A DNA stretch of 64,000 nt from Nanobdellota archaeon (GCA_038046385.1 JBBSWH010000001.1:1-64000); one strand, 5' to 3'; numbered from the stretch's first letter, positions 48,323 through 57,600 are shown. The notes: generated from the letters alone by a model not told the origin. Numbers and translations: made by a program.

Positions 48323-48458
48323 GATTTAACCACCTCACCACCCCTTAACTGTAGTAAATAAGGCTTGTTTTATTAATTTATCCAAAAAATATATAAGAAA
48401 ATAAGCACTGGACACCTATACGCAAAGTTTAAATACTTTTAAAATTAGGGTAGTATCA

Positions 48459-48530
48459 GGGTATTTCGGTATACGAAATATCCAATTCAGTCTAAGTGGT
48501 GCGGTTTACGTAATCACTTAGACTTTTTTT
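48459..48530 (+). ncRNA. Candidate two-hairpin small RNA convergent with the DUF3800 gene
   Basis: TATA-like TTTAAATA at 48428, hairpins 48459-48483 and 48489-48524, terminal T7 run. Confidence 0.4.
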
Positions 48531-49326
48531 AAAATCTGGGTTCTGGGAAAACTTTTACTTTAACTGATCCATCTATTACTACGCTTCCTATTTCTAAAGT
48601 GCATATTGGCTTTAATATTTTTAAGTACCCTTCATTATAGCACTGTTTTTTTAAATTTGAACATAGGAAGCAGTAATAGGATCTTTGAAAAGCATAGCAA
48701 ATTAAATCAGCAATTTCATAAAATGATGACTTGGACATCGGTTCAATATTTAAATCTGCTAATATATTTGAAAAATCTTTTACATATGTGGTTCCATTCT
48801 TCATTACATCTCGATGCACCCTTTTAATATTAGACGCTAATTTAGTTGAGCTATCACATAAATTTACAATCCCTAAAGAGTTTTTATTATCTCCTCTTCC
48901 CTTAATTATTTTTTGAAATTTCTCTAATACGAACTCGTAAGCTAAAAGATAAGGGTTTGCAGGATGTTTGTATTTTTTCCTTAGGTTATGATTATCAATA
49001 ACTATAATTATTGGTTCAATAGGCATCTTTGCAATGAACTCATACAGTTTCAACATTATTTCTTTGCCTTGTTGATCGGTTAGATACCCCTTATACCTAT
49101 TTCTGTTGTTCCTGGAGATATGATTTAACTCTACAGCATGGGCTGGAGTAGTTTTAAGCTCTTTAGGGAATAGTGACTCTTTAAATTCTTTGAAAATCCT
49201 ACTTTGATTAAAATAATCTTCTTCTTTTATAATTAAACCACCTAAAACAAAGAAATCAGATTGCTCTCTTATGTTAGGGTTATCAATACGTGAACTTCCC
49301 GATTCATCTAAGTATAAGAGATACAT
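48529..49326 (-). CDS. DUF3800 family protein (RNase H-like fold)
   Basis: YLLYLDESG, FVLGGLII, HAVEL, IADLICY. Confidence 0.8.
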   Translation of the reverse strand: MYLLYLDESGSSRIDNPNIREQSDFFVLGGLIIKEEDYFNQSRIFKEFKESLFPKELKTTPAHAVELNHISRNNRNRYKGYLTDQQGKEIMLKLYEFIAKMPIEPIIIVIDNHNLRKKYKHPANPYLLAYEFVLEKFQKIIKGRGDNKNSLGIVNLCDSSTKLASNIKRVHRDVMKNGTTYVKDFSNILADLNIEPMSKSSFYEIADLICYAFQRSYYCFLCSNLKKQCYNEGYLKILKPICTLEIGSVVIDGSVKVKVFPEPRF

Positions 49327-49591
49327 TATATAGGAAATTTTTTTGGTATTTATAAAGAATACTGTGTTACGCCCCTTTAATGAAGAGGTATATGCACGCT
49401 TATATTTAAAATATTTTATTTTTTAGGTTTAAATATAATAAAAATTAGGAAAAAGTTTTGGTTATAGGATAACGCCTCGGTTAAATATATTTGAAGGCCA
49501 ACCATCCTCCGATTGCAAAAGCTATCAGGCCATAAGCAATAAGTCGAAGTATAAACCTTTTATCCATTCTTTTTGGGCTGTCGAGTTAGTA

Positions 49592-49990
49592 TTATCTATT
49601 AATTGAAAAAAAACTCTCACCTTTTTTATAATTTTTTACCCTTGTAAACTTTTTTGAGTTTGGATAAATTTTAGTAAATTGACAATCATCTATATTATCT
49701 CCCTTAAATGATATAGTTATCTCATCATAACTGCTCGGATATGTCTTAATTGCAAACTTATGAGCTGTTTCAAGATTATCTAATGCTATATGAAAAAGCC
49801 ACTCAATAACAGCTTTTCCCCCCCATTTTTCTTTGATATAATCTTCGTAATCTTTAGTATAGGAATGTCGTTCTATTCTATGATTGTATTTTAGCCATTT
49901 TCGAGGTTCATCTATCCATTGATGAAGTTCTTGAAAAGTCTGTCCAGTTCTACACTCACTTACTTCCATATGAAATTTTAGAGACGGCAT
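49592..49990 (-). CDS. Hypothetical His-rich, possibly metal-binding protein
   Basis: H, LHQWID, HRIERH, HIALD. Confidence 0.65.
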   Translation of the reverse strand: MPSLKFHMEVSECRTGQTFQELHQWIDEPRKWLKYNHRIERHSYTKDYEDYIKEKWGGKAVIEWLFHIALDNLETAHKFAIKTYPSSYDEITISFKGDNIDDCQFTKIYPNSKKFTRVKNYKKGESFFSINR

Positions 49991-50137
49991 CTTTAATCCT
50001 CCTAAACATTTAATTTTTTGGGCTGAAAAAGTAAAAATGAAGGGATAGTTTTTCGTTAGAATAACTTACCTTACCTTTTCCAGCTTTCCAACATAAAACC
50101 ATTATAAAACATATTATAAAAGCTTTGCGACATAAAA

Positions 50138-50383
50138 TTAAGGATAATCAATACAAGACTCAGTATTTTCATCAGTACATCTATTAAATCGTCTACATGC
50201 TAAAAACCAGCCTTTGAAGAACCCATATTTCTTAAGTGCCAATATTGCATGATTTGAGCATGAAGGATAAAACCTACAAATTATGTTTCTTTTTTTATTA
50301 AAATTTCTACCAATTTTCCCGTGCCATACTTTCTTTATAAAAAATATTGATATTAAAATCAAGAGATTATTTTTTCTTCTCAT
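50138..50383 (-). CDS. yidD: YidD-like (membrane protein insertion efficiency factor) protein
   Basis: CRFYPSCS..A..A..KYG..KG......R..RC.......DYP. Confidence 0.8.
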   Translation of the reverse strand: MRRKNNLLILISIFFIKKVWHGKIGRNFNKKRNIICRFYPSCSNHAILALKKYGFFKGWFLACRRFNRCTDENTESCIDYP

Positions 50384-50675
50384 ATATACTCACTTCTTCA
50401 GTGTAATTCTGTGAACCACATTCTGGACATCTTCGTAAATTATCAAGTGAATCTTTAGATGCACCTACATTTCTTTGAGCTTGTAGAGCTGCACCAGAAT
50501 TACAACAACACGCATTAGACATTTGGTTTAAAGCAGCAACACCTTTAGCACTTTCAATTTCTTTTTCTCTTTCTGATAAAGAATGCCACACCTTACCACA
50601 TTCATTACATTTTCGTTTAAACTCTTTTACGTGCTTGTTCTTATCAAAATCCGCTTCCGAAATCTTTTTGCTCAT
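50367..50675 (-). CDS. Zinc-ribbon protein
   Basis: CNECGKVWH and RCPECGS. Confidence 0.7.
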   Translation of the reverse strand: MSKKISEADFDKNKHVKEFKRKCNECGKVWHSLSEREKEIESAKGVAALNQMSNACCCNSGAALQAQRNVGASKDSLDNLRRCPECGSQNYTEEVSIYEKKK

Positions 50676-50699
50676 TTTTCTAAAGATTATTTAAATATT

Positions 50700-51230
50700 T
50701 CAACACATACCATTGGTAAAACTTATCAGTTCTTTGGCATCAGCAGTGTATAGATATATATCTTTGCAAGATTTCATTAATTCTAACCTGACGACTGGGA
50801 TACCACCATCACATTCTTTTGTTTTGGATAGGCACTTATAATAGGCTTGATCTTTTGTTAAAACTTTTGGAGCTTTTGAGGTTTCATTAACCTTTTGCTG
50901 TGGCATGAAGTTAGAAATGAGAATCATAGCAGCTATAACTATAATGCCCCACAAAAAGAATTTTTTATAGTTTGGGTTTTTCTTATCTATTAAATTTGTT
51001 TTACTTACGCTAACATTTTTATTAATTTTATGTTCTCTTGACTTAAAATTCAATTTCTCTTTAAAGAACTTTCGTGATGGTGGAAGTATCACAAGTCCTA
51101 TTGCGAGTGAGGTAGTTCCAACAATAAAAGATGAATCTGAAAAATTTCCTAAAGAAGCCAAAATAAAGATAATCCCAAAAATCCAGCTAAAAACTCCTCC
51201 TAAAGTAATTTTTTTAACATCTTCTACCAT
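50700..51230 (-). CDS. Hypothetical membrane protein
   Basis: Three TM segments and a Cys-containing C-terminal domain. Confidence 0.65.
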   Translation of the reverse strand: MVEDVKKITLGGVFSWIFGIIFILASLGNFSDSSFIVGTTSLAIGLVILPPSRKFFKEKLNFKSREHKINKNVSVSKTNLIDKKNPNYKKFFLWGIIVIAAMILISNFMPQQKVNETSKAPKVLTKDQAYYKCLSKTKECDGGIPVVRLELMKSCKDIYLYTADAKELISFTNGMC

Positions 51231-51262
51231 TAACTTACCACCACACTTCTATATCCATTTTT

Positions 51263-51937
51263 CTACGTTGACCTTAAGTTAATATTAAATATATCGTTAA
51301 TCTCACTATTGGAAGCAACAACTATTTTCAAGTCTTCAAGGTTTTCTGGAATATCAAACAAAACAAAACCTCTTTTTTTAATGCCTGGGTTTATAGCATC
51401 ACCAAACCCTGAAAATAAGGTAAAACTCTCTCCATTGTAAGTTCCAGTAGCATCATTATCACTAAGAAACTCCCTTCCTTGAATATCCTCTAATTTCATT
51501 AAAGTATTATCAAACTTAGCTGCCTTTTTAGCTAAATTTTCAACTTCTACTTCTATAATTAAATAAGTGCCGTCGGCTACTTGCATGCCACTAAACATTC
51601 CACCAGAAAAAGATTTTAGTTCTTTATTGCTTAAAAATGTCCACTTAAAATCTCCGGCCACTATTTCATCTTTAAAATTGTACGTTACATTTCCAAAGAA
51701 TTTTTTCTTACAATCTATAATATTGCTTACAATAGTAGATTCATCAGGGCAGACATATTGTATTTTTTCCACAATCTCAGTTTTAATTTCAACCTTTGGT
51801 GGACAAGAATTACAATCAAGCTCTTGGCACTTTGTAGAAGGACAGGCAGTTTCTTTGCATTCTGGACACTGAGGAACTGCTTGAGTACAAGCAGTAATAA
51901 ACAACAATCCTATCAACAATAAAGCATAAACTTTCAA
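51263..51937 (-). CDS. DUF4352-like lipoprotein
   Basis: Lipobox ITAC, Cys-rich linker, YLII.V.VEN, L.D.QGREF, INPG....G..LFDIP. Confidence 0.72.
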   Translation of the reverse strand: MKVYALLLIGLLFITACTQAVPQCPECKETACPSTKCQELDCNSCPPKVEIKTEIVEKIQYVCPDESTIVSNIIDCKKKFFGNVTYNFKDEIVAGDFKWTFLSNKELKSFSGGMFSGMQVADGTYLIIEVEVENLAKKAAKFDNTLMKLEDIQGREFLSDNDATGTYNGESFTLFSGFGDAINPGIKKRGFVLFDIPENLEDLKIVVASNSEINDIFNINLRST

Positions 51938-52006
51938 ATTAAATACCCCCTAATAGATAATTTTTGAAGATGGCTTTAAATAATTTTCTATCCTCTTAAT
52001 ATTACG

Positions 52007-52044
52007 CTGATTATCACGCTTTCTTTTATTCTGATTATTACGCT
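52007..52044 (+). promoter_or_regulatory. Direct-repeat operator candidate upstream of the wHTH gene
   Basis: ctgattatcacgct (52007-52020) and ctgattattacgct (52031-52044). Confidence 0.4.
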
Positions 52045-52052
52045 ATAGATAT

Positions 52053-52307
52053 ATGGATGACGAGTTAAAAATATTCTTAGCAAGAAGCAAGCTTAGAAGT
52101 AAGATTTTACAAGAGTTAGAAGAAAAGCCTCAAATAGCTTCTTTTTTGGCAAAAAAGATTAAAAAGCATAGAGAAGTTATAAGCAGGGTATTTTTGGATT
52201 TACAGAGAAAAAAGTTAGCTGTATGCACAAATTCAAAAGATTCAAGCTTTAGGTATTACAAAATAACAGAGCAAGGCAAAAAGGCACTTAAAGAGTTAAG
52301 AGTTTGA
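52053..52307 (+). CDS. Winged-helix transcriptional regulator
   Basis: RSK.R.KIL..L, ISRVF.DL, YYKITEQGK. Confidence 0.8.
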   Translation: MDDELKIFLARSKLRSKILQELEEKPQIASFLAKKIKKHREVISRVFLDLQRKKLAVCTNSKDSSFRYYKITEQGKKALKELRV

Positions 52308-52474
52308 ATTTTCAAAATCTGACAAAAATTTCTGACAAGCGGTAGCTTTACCATATAAGAGATAAAAAATTCTACCCCCACCCCCTATATGAAGTAATAC
52401 TACTTCTATATTCTACATCCTATATAAGTCAGCACAGAAGTATTTATATAGTAGGCTTACTTTATTTATGAAAT

Positions 52475-52672
52475 ATGGAAGAACTAAAAGGAAAGAAAGT
52501 TAAGATTGTAACACTCAATTACTTCGAGACTAAGCAGAATGGGTTAATCAAAAGGCAGTACAGGGTTAGTATTGCTCCTAAGATTATAGAAAGCTTAGAA
52601 CTGAAGGCTCACGATAAGCTCAAAGTATGGGTTAACAAGGCAAAGAAGCAGATTAGAATGACAAAATTATAA
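52475..52672 (+). CDS. AbrB/MazE-like DNA-binding protein
   Basis: QYRVSIAPKIIESLEL..HDKL.V.V. Confidence 0.6.
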   Translation: MEELKGKKVKIVTLNYFETKQNGLIKRQYRVSIAPKIIESLELKAHDKLKVWVNKAKKQIRMTKL

Positions 52673-52869
52673 TCATAAGACTGCTGGCATAGACCAGCAG
52701 CTTGGAGTAAACAAAATGGCTTGCGACCAATTAGATACTCCACAGGAAGCAGTTCCTGTGGCTATTAAAAACCTTTCTGGACAAGAAAAGGTATTCAAAG
52801 ACCAAAAGGCTCAGGATAGATTTGAGTACCTTGTAAGAACAAGGAATAAGGTTTGGGCAATTGTAAAAT

Positions 52870-53160
52870 TCAAATAGAATTTTTTTTATTTTTCTTTTTA
52901 TCCGATTCTTTTGTAAAATATGTTAGTAACTGTCCCATCATTGAATTTGGACTTATTCTTAGGGCGAGGCTTTCTAATGGGTATTTTTGGGCATTTAATG
53001 AAGATTTAAACTTTCCAATGTCTGATTTTGGGCCAGAGCTTCTTTCTCTTGAAATTTGAGCAAGCAGTTCTTTCCAATTTGAAGTTCGTTCTCTCCACTT
53101 CCTTCCTTCTGCTGCTATCTCAGGATTACCCTTTGGATTATTCCACCTTTTACCTATCAT
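52870..53160 (-). CDS. Small protein with HGGxSTG-like motif
   Basis: SSGPKSDIGKFKSSLNAQKY resembles STGPxTxEGKxxSxxNAxKHG of phage/MGE proteins. Confidence 0.55.
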   Translation of the reverse strand: MIGKRWNNPKGNPEIAAEGRKWRERTSNWKELLAQISRERSSGPKSDIGKFKSSLNAQKYPLESLALRISPNSMMGQLLTYFTKESDKKKNKKNSI

Positions 53161-53438
53161 TTTTTGGTTTTGGAAGATAGTTCGTTTGGTTATTATCGAT
53201 AAGTTATGAATATAAGTATTATAATCATTCTTCCTTCTTCAATAGGGCTATTATTTTTCGGTTTAGGGCTTCAAGTTGGTTAAGTTTATACCTTACCCAA
53301 TCCTCAAAGTTTAACCCTTCTTCTTTTTCTTCCATTTTATAAATAATATAATTATTATATTATTGAGATGTATACTATGTACTACGTACTGAACGTGAGA
53401 TAGTGTCAAATAACATTGATGTTATGATAATATCCATA

Positions 53439-53843
53439 TTATTGTTCATGTAGTTTTGGTTTAACTTTATTCAATAAATATTCAAATTCTTCATCTGAAA
53501 GGTCTTTTCCAAAGTTTTCGTAAAACCCTTGTTTTTGACCTTCAAAGAATTTTCTGTCTCTCTCAATAGCCTGTAGAGCGTTCTTCAAATATGGAATCCA
53601 ATTTGAGTTAAGTTCTACTTTGATTTCTTCTATGCGACTTCTGCCTTTTAGTTTCTCTAATTCTTCACTCTCTTCTCTCAGTTCTTGCTGTCTTTTTTCT
53701 ATTTCCTTATCAGTAAACAAATTGCTATCAATCAGTTTTCTGATATATTGAGATCTGTCCTTGCCAAGAATATTCATTCTGGCTATCTGCTCTGGTGTTA
53801 GCGTTATGCTGACATTAACAAATCTTGAGTGGTATTGTTTCAT
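53439..53843 (-). CDS. Ribbon-helix-helix plus coiled-coil protein
   Basis: VSITLTPEQ, RSQYIRKLID. Confidence 0.65.
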   Translation of the reverse strand: MKQYHSRFVNVSITLTPEQIARMNILGKDRSQYIRKLIDSNLFTDKEIEKRQQELREESEELEKLKGRSRIEEIKVELNSNWIPYLKNALQAIERDRKFFEGQKQGFYENFGKDLSDEEFEYLLNKVKPKLHEQ

Positions 53844-54036
53844 TTTTCTCCAGTTTTTTACGAATAAGTGAGCTTAAGTCTATGCCGAGTTGTAAAGCCT
53901 CATGTTTTAATTGCAGTAACCTATCGGCTTCTAAACGAAAAGCTAAAAATTCTGTCTTCTTTTGGATATGATTGGATTTTTTCTCAAAGCCAGGGTGATA
54001 GTATTGTTTTTGCATAGTTATCACTACGTTATACAT
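53815..54036 (-). CDS. Ribbon-helix-helix protein
   Basis: LAFRL, LKHEA.QLGIDLSSLIR; start may be ~54015. Confidence 0.6.
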   Translation of the reverse strand: MYNVVITMQKQYYHPGFEKKSNHIQKKTEFLAFRLEADRLLQLKHEALQLGIDLSSLIRKKLEKNETIPLKIC

Positions 54037-54161
54037 ACCTTTTTATTTCAGAATTAGCTACCCTTTATTGCTTAGGTTTGGAAGCTAATTCCTTACTTAA
54101 TTCTTGCTCTGCCTCCTCTGTCAAGGAGGCTATTCTTTTAATTATATTATTATAAACTAAG

Positions 54162-54302
54162 TTAGGATTTTTCATTTTCTTTTACTGCCATTTGAATTAG
54201 TTGAAAAACAAGGTTGCTAACTGACCTACCATCTTTTTTTGCTTTATTTTTTATCTTTTCAGCAAGTTCATCTGAAATAATAGTTTGGAGTTTTTTACTC
54301 AT
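54162..54302 (-). CDS. Small Arc/CopG-like ribbon-helix-helix protein (46 aa)
   Basis: Manually translated MSKKLQTIISDELAEKIKNKAKKDGRSVSNLVFQLI. Confidence 0.7.
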   Translation of the reverse strand: MSKKLQTIISDELAEKIKNKAKKDGRSVSNLVFQLIQMAVKENEKS

Positions 54303-54388
54303 GCTAATCGAAATGAGTATAGTGGATTAATATATAAAGAGTGATTCAATGGCAAGTTATTTGTAACACTTCGCACAAGTGCTATATT

Positions 54389-54784
54389 TTTCTAACCGGT
54401 TAGAAACCGGTTTCCACTTTTTGAAAAGTATGGGAAAGATGGAACGCGAAATCGATTTCGCAAATTGAAGCAATATGGCAAAAACTCAAATGCCAACCGG
54501 TTGGCGAACCTAAAACAATATGGTAGGGTGGGACCTGAGCATTTGACAAACCGGTTTGTCAAATTGCAACCGGTTGCAAAATTTGAAGAAATATGGGGAT
54601 GGGACTGAAAATCGATTTTCAAGATTGAAACAATACGGAATTAGGTTGCTTATAATATCTCTTTTGGTGCCGATTTTCTGGAAATCGATTTCCACTTCCA
54701 AAAATTGTTTTCGCTTTTGTCGAATCGATTCGACAAAACCAAGTAAAAATGTCAAACCGGTTTGCCATTTTGTCAAATCGATTT
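54389..54784. repeat. Array of 11 AAYCGRTT-centred palindromes, five followed by N16-TAYGG
   Basis: Cores at 54394, 54405, 54450, 54495, 54549, 54568, 54610, 54683, 54723, 54755 and 54776. Confidence 0.85.
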
Positions 54785-54809
54785 TACATTTACTAAATAT
54801 CTAAATAAA

Positions 54810-56084
54810 CTAATTCTTTAATTCCTTAATCTCCTTCTGTAGTTCTGAAACTATCTTAAACAACTTTTGTACCTCTGGGATCTGCATAAAATTATCATAT
54901 TTTTGCATTTGATCTTGTATCTTTGTTCTATCTAAGGGCCTCTTGCAGTTGTTGCACGTTTCAGAAGTAAACCCATTTTTTACATTACAGAATAAGCAGT
55001 CTTTGATTTTTGGCTGCAATTCCTTATATTTTTCATCCTGAACTAATCCTCTTTTTACCAGCTCAATCTTAAAGGATTCATCATGCTGGCTTAAATCATA
55101 AGTTTTGAGCTGTTTGTTAGACGTCCATCTTGCAGCGTGCTGTATTTCTAAATCACTATCCCCTCTTAATCTCCGGAAAGTTACTCCATTTCGCTTTAGG
55201 GAATAAGCAGTCACGGGCTTTTCTATTCCAAGATATTTACAGGCTGTATGTATCTTGTTGTTGATGTTTTTAGGCTTAAATTGTTGCCCAAATTCTCTGT
55301 CACTCAAATTGACGAATAGAAAGGCATCTTTATTCTTCTTAAGCGGATGTTGCTCTAACCATTTTATAAGATAAGGATAGCTATCTATACATTGCAAAAA
55401 TCCTGTTCCTTCTTTTCCATGCTCAGAAATCCATATCTTAGCATAGTTATCATAAAGCTCGACATCTTTTACTTTTGTGTAAAGAATTTCTTGTGGTCTT
55501 CCTAAACTTTCCAATGACAAAGTTAGATAAAACTGCATCCTTGGATCATTAGAAAAGAAACTAACTACTTTTTCAAACTCTTCAAACGTAACCTTATCAC
55601 CCCTCCTTTTTTCTTTGCTTTTGTCAATTTTAGGGCTTAAATGCCTAACGGGATATGGCACAAGTGTATCGTCAATTCTTTCTCTTTCATCCTTTTCAGG
55701 AAAAAGCACCTTCCACATATGCTTTAGGTCTCTTATGAAATCAGATTTGCTCTTTGGAGACTTATAGGAAGTATGCATAAAAGATACAATGCTGTTGACA
55801 TCCTCTCTTTCCAAATCCTTTAAGTCCTTGTCAGTTGAATTGCAAATAAGCCTCATACTCATAAGAAGCCGATTTCGCCTAACATAGCTAAGATCTTTAG
55901 CTTCAAAAACTTTGAATAGCTGCTCGAAATAGACTAAATTATCCTTATTCTTGCAGTAGTACTTACCTCTCTTAGTTACTTCCTGCCTTTCTTCAGGCTT
56001 TACAACAAATTGATCCAGGTTTTTCTTAAATCTCCCGTAAATCCTTTCATTATGGTATATATCGTCTTCTGCCATGGCTATCAT
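54810..56084 (-). CDS. Tyrosine integrase with C-terminal zinc ribbon
   Basis: GRPQE (R), HGK, YSLKRNGVT, HAARW...TY; CLFC and CNNC; adjacent to the tRNA att site. Confidence 0.85.
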   Translation of the reverse strand: MIAMAEDDIYHNERIYGRFKKNLDQFVVKPEERQEVTKRGKYYCKNKDNLVYFEQLFKVFEAKDLSYVRRNRLLMSMRLICNSTDKDLKDLEREDVNSIVSFMHTSYKSPKSKSDFIRDLKHMWKVLFPEKDERERIDDTLVPYPVRHLSPKIDKSKEKRRGDKVTFEEFEKVVSFFSNDPRMQFYLTLSLESLGRPQEILYTKVKDVELYDNYAKIWISEHGKEGTGFLQCIDSYPYLIKWLEQHPLKKNKDAFLFVNLSDREFGQQFKPKNINNKIHTACKYLGIEKPVTAYSLKRNGVTFRRLRGDSDLEIQHAARWTSNKQLKTYDLSQHDESFKIELVKRGLVQDEKYKELQPKIKDCLFCNVKNGFTSETCNNCKRPLDRTKIQDQMQKYDNFMQIPEVQKLFKIVSELQKEIKELKN

Positions 56085-56141
56085 TCTCCTGCTTCCGACT
56101 TATATACTCTTGTTAAACAACGCATTCATTTAGAAAATAGG

Positions 56142-56259
56142 TGCGGGGGAAGGGATTCGAACCCCCGAATCCACTAAGGAACAGGATAGCTTATCTCGCT
56201 TACAGCGCGAGTGTTCCATCTTAAGTCCTGCGCGTTTGGCCAGGCTTCGCTACCCCCGC
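56142..56259 (-). tRNA. tRNA-Leu(TAA) with canonical 32-nt intron (56188-56219)
   Basis: GCGGGGG/CCCCCGC acceptor stem, long variable arm, CAGGA-CTTAAGA-TCCTG, BHB helix CTTA/TAAG. Confidence 0.92.
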
Positions 56260-56301
56260 ATAAAACCAATGATTCAAAGACCTTATTTAAATGTTTTCAG
56301 A

Positions 56302-56414
56302 ATTATTGAAAATTTTGTGAGTTAATACCTCCTATCTTAGTACGAAATTTTCAATCTCGCAGACTTGCCTATTAATTACGAGGCGCAATTGCTCCGAGTG
56401 GCAAGTCTGCGTTA
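56302..56414 (-). repeat. Family B double-hairpin element
   Basis: Matches 7335-7435; begins at the TAA stop of 56412-56933. Confidence 0.75.
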
Positions 56415-56933
56415 CCCGTACTTAAACTTCTGCAGCTTGAAGAATGACTGTATCCTCTTGAACAGCTCGCGCCCCTGCATGTTAACTACGCCGTCGTACC
56501 TGTCAGACCAATAACTGTAGATGAACCTGTCAATCAGCGTCCTAAAGAACCTGAGAACCGGCCTCGATTGCCAGTATGTTCCGTGCAGATGCGCTGATAT
56601 GAAGCATTCAACAAGAATGTGAACATCTCCATTATTGATTTTGTACTTTTTTCCGTCTTTTTTGATAATAATCTCTTTAACATTGTCCATCTGCGCCCTT
56701 AAAACAACGTCTCCGTGATGATAATCATCAAGATGCGAATGGATTTCTGTAAGCCATTCAATTTTTTTGCCGTCTTTTGTGACGTGCTCCATCTTTCTCT
56801 TATGCTCTTTCTCAAATCCGTTTTCCTTTGCCCAGTCATCAACTTCCTTGTAGAAATCCTCGGCCGAAAAAGGGCCGTTGTACGCCATCCTTAAGTCATA
56901 AAGCACTTGTTTTTTTTCTGAGATTAAAATCAC
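56412..56933 (-). CDS. Conserved hypothetical protein (paralog 3 of 3)
   Basis: Shares Y.G....D.Y, K..G.V.I and F....D.F motifs with its neighbours. Confidence 0.7.
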   Translation of the reverse strand: MILISEKKQVLYDLRMAYNGPFSAEDFYKEVDDWAKENGFEKEHKRKMEHVTKDGKKIEWLTEIHSHLDDYHHGDVVLRAQMDNVKEIIIKKDGKKYKINNGDVHILVECFISAHLHGTYWQSRPVLRFFRTLIDRFIYSYWSDRYDGVVNMQGRELFKRIQSFFKLQKFKYG

Positions 56934-57457
56934 CCTGATGGTTTCGATATTACAGAATAATGCCTGTACATGTTAAGGAATTTTTCTATGCTGTCATGAA
57001 GATGGTTTATATCGTGCGTCAGTCTCTGCTCAAACCTTTCTGTGTAAGTCTTGAAGAAAACATAGTCAAAAAGTGTCCTTATGAAGTGCAAAAACGGTTT
57101 TTCATCCCAATAGCTTTCATAGTCAAACTCCATGAAGCCGTCTATCACTATTACTAATCTCCCGTTGTCAACCTTTTTTTTCTTTCCATTAACCATAGCA
57201 TCGCTTCTTACAAAATCATATCCAATAACGCGTATCTTGACAATATACCTTATGTAATCTGTTATTTTTTTCCAGGGGGAAATCTGCCATTCTATGAACT
57301 TGCCGTTTGCAGTGTTCTGCTCAAAATCCTTATCCTGCTTTTTGTCAAACCCACGCTCCCAGAGGAAATGGTCTATTACGCTGAAGAAATCATTCAGGTC
57401 AACTGGCCCGCTGTAATCCAGCTTCTGGTGGTCGACTACTAGCTTTAAGTGTCCCAT
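56930..57457 (-). CDS. Conserved hypothetical protein (paralog 2 of 3)
   Basis: YSG..D..D, DY, KK...G, DYE..W. Confidence 0.75.
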   Translation of the reverse strand: MGHLKLVVDHQKLDYSGPVDLNDFFSVIDHFLWERGFDKKQDKDFEQNTANGKFIEWQISPWKKITDYIRYIVKIRVIGYDFVRSDAMVNGKKKKVDNGRLVIVIDGFMEFDYESYWDEKPFLHFIRTLFDYVFFKTYTERFEQRLTHDINHLHDSIEKFLNMYRHYSVISKPSG

Positions 57458-57533
57458 TTTTAGTAATTATTTTTTTAAATTATCTTTGCTGTTTATTATT
57501 ATTCAGTGTTTTTTCATTGTTGTTATTTTGATA

Positions 57534-57592
57534 TTTTTCCGTTGCTTCGCAACAAACTCTTGGCTCGCCGCATTGCTCGCCTATTTATTATA
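57534..57592 (-). repeat. Family A hairpin element
   Basis: Minus strand: taggcgag..cgag then tttgttgcGAAgcaacggaaaaat, an identical 3' hairpin to the 5702 copy. Confidence 0.75.
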
Positions 57593-57600
57593 ATTTTTTC

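Larger units (their letters stand above)
46785..56152. mobile_element. ~9.4-kb integrative element at the 3' end of tRNA-Leu(TAA)
   Basis: Direct repeat tgcgggggaag at 46785-46795 and 56142-56152 (tRNA 3' end); integrase next to the tRNA; AT-rich cargo with RHH/HTH/AbrB genes. Confidence 0.8.

Noticed and set aside
49570-50024. 11-bp direct repeat tttttgggctg flanking 49592-49990 as a cassette boundary
   Set aside because: Short and low-complexity; may be chance.
52716-53335. Tiny ORFs 52716-52877 (+, 53 aa) and 53225-53335 (-, 36 aa) in the element
   Set aside because: Plausible but with no motif or other support.
54389-54784. CRISPR array
   Set aside because: Units are not identical direct repeats, spacing is irregular (11-73 nt) and no cas genes are present.
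54392-54804. Three overlapping ORFs (54392-54622, 54510-54776, 54556-54804) as genes
   Set aside because: They overlap on both strands within the palindrome array and lack clear starts; kept only as an alternative explanation in the finding.
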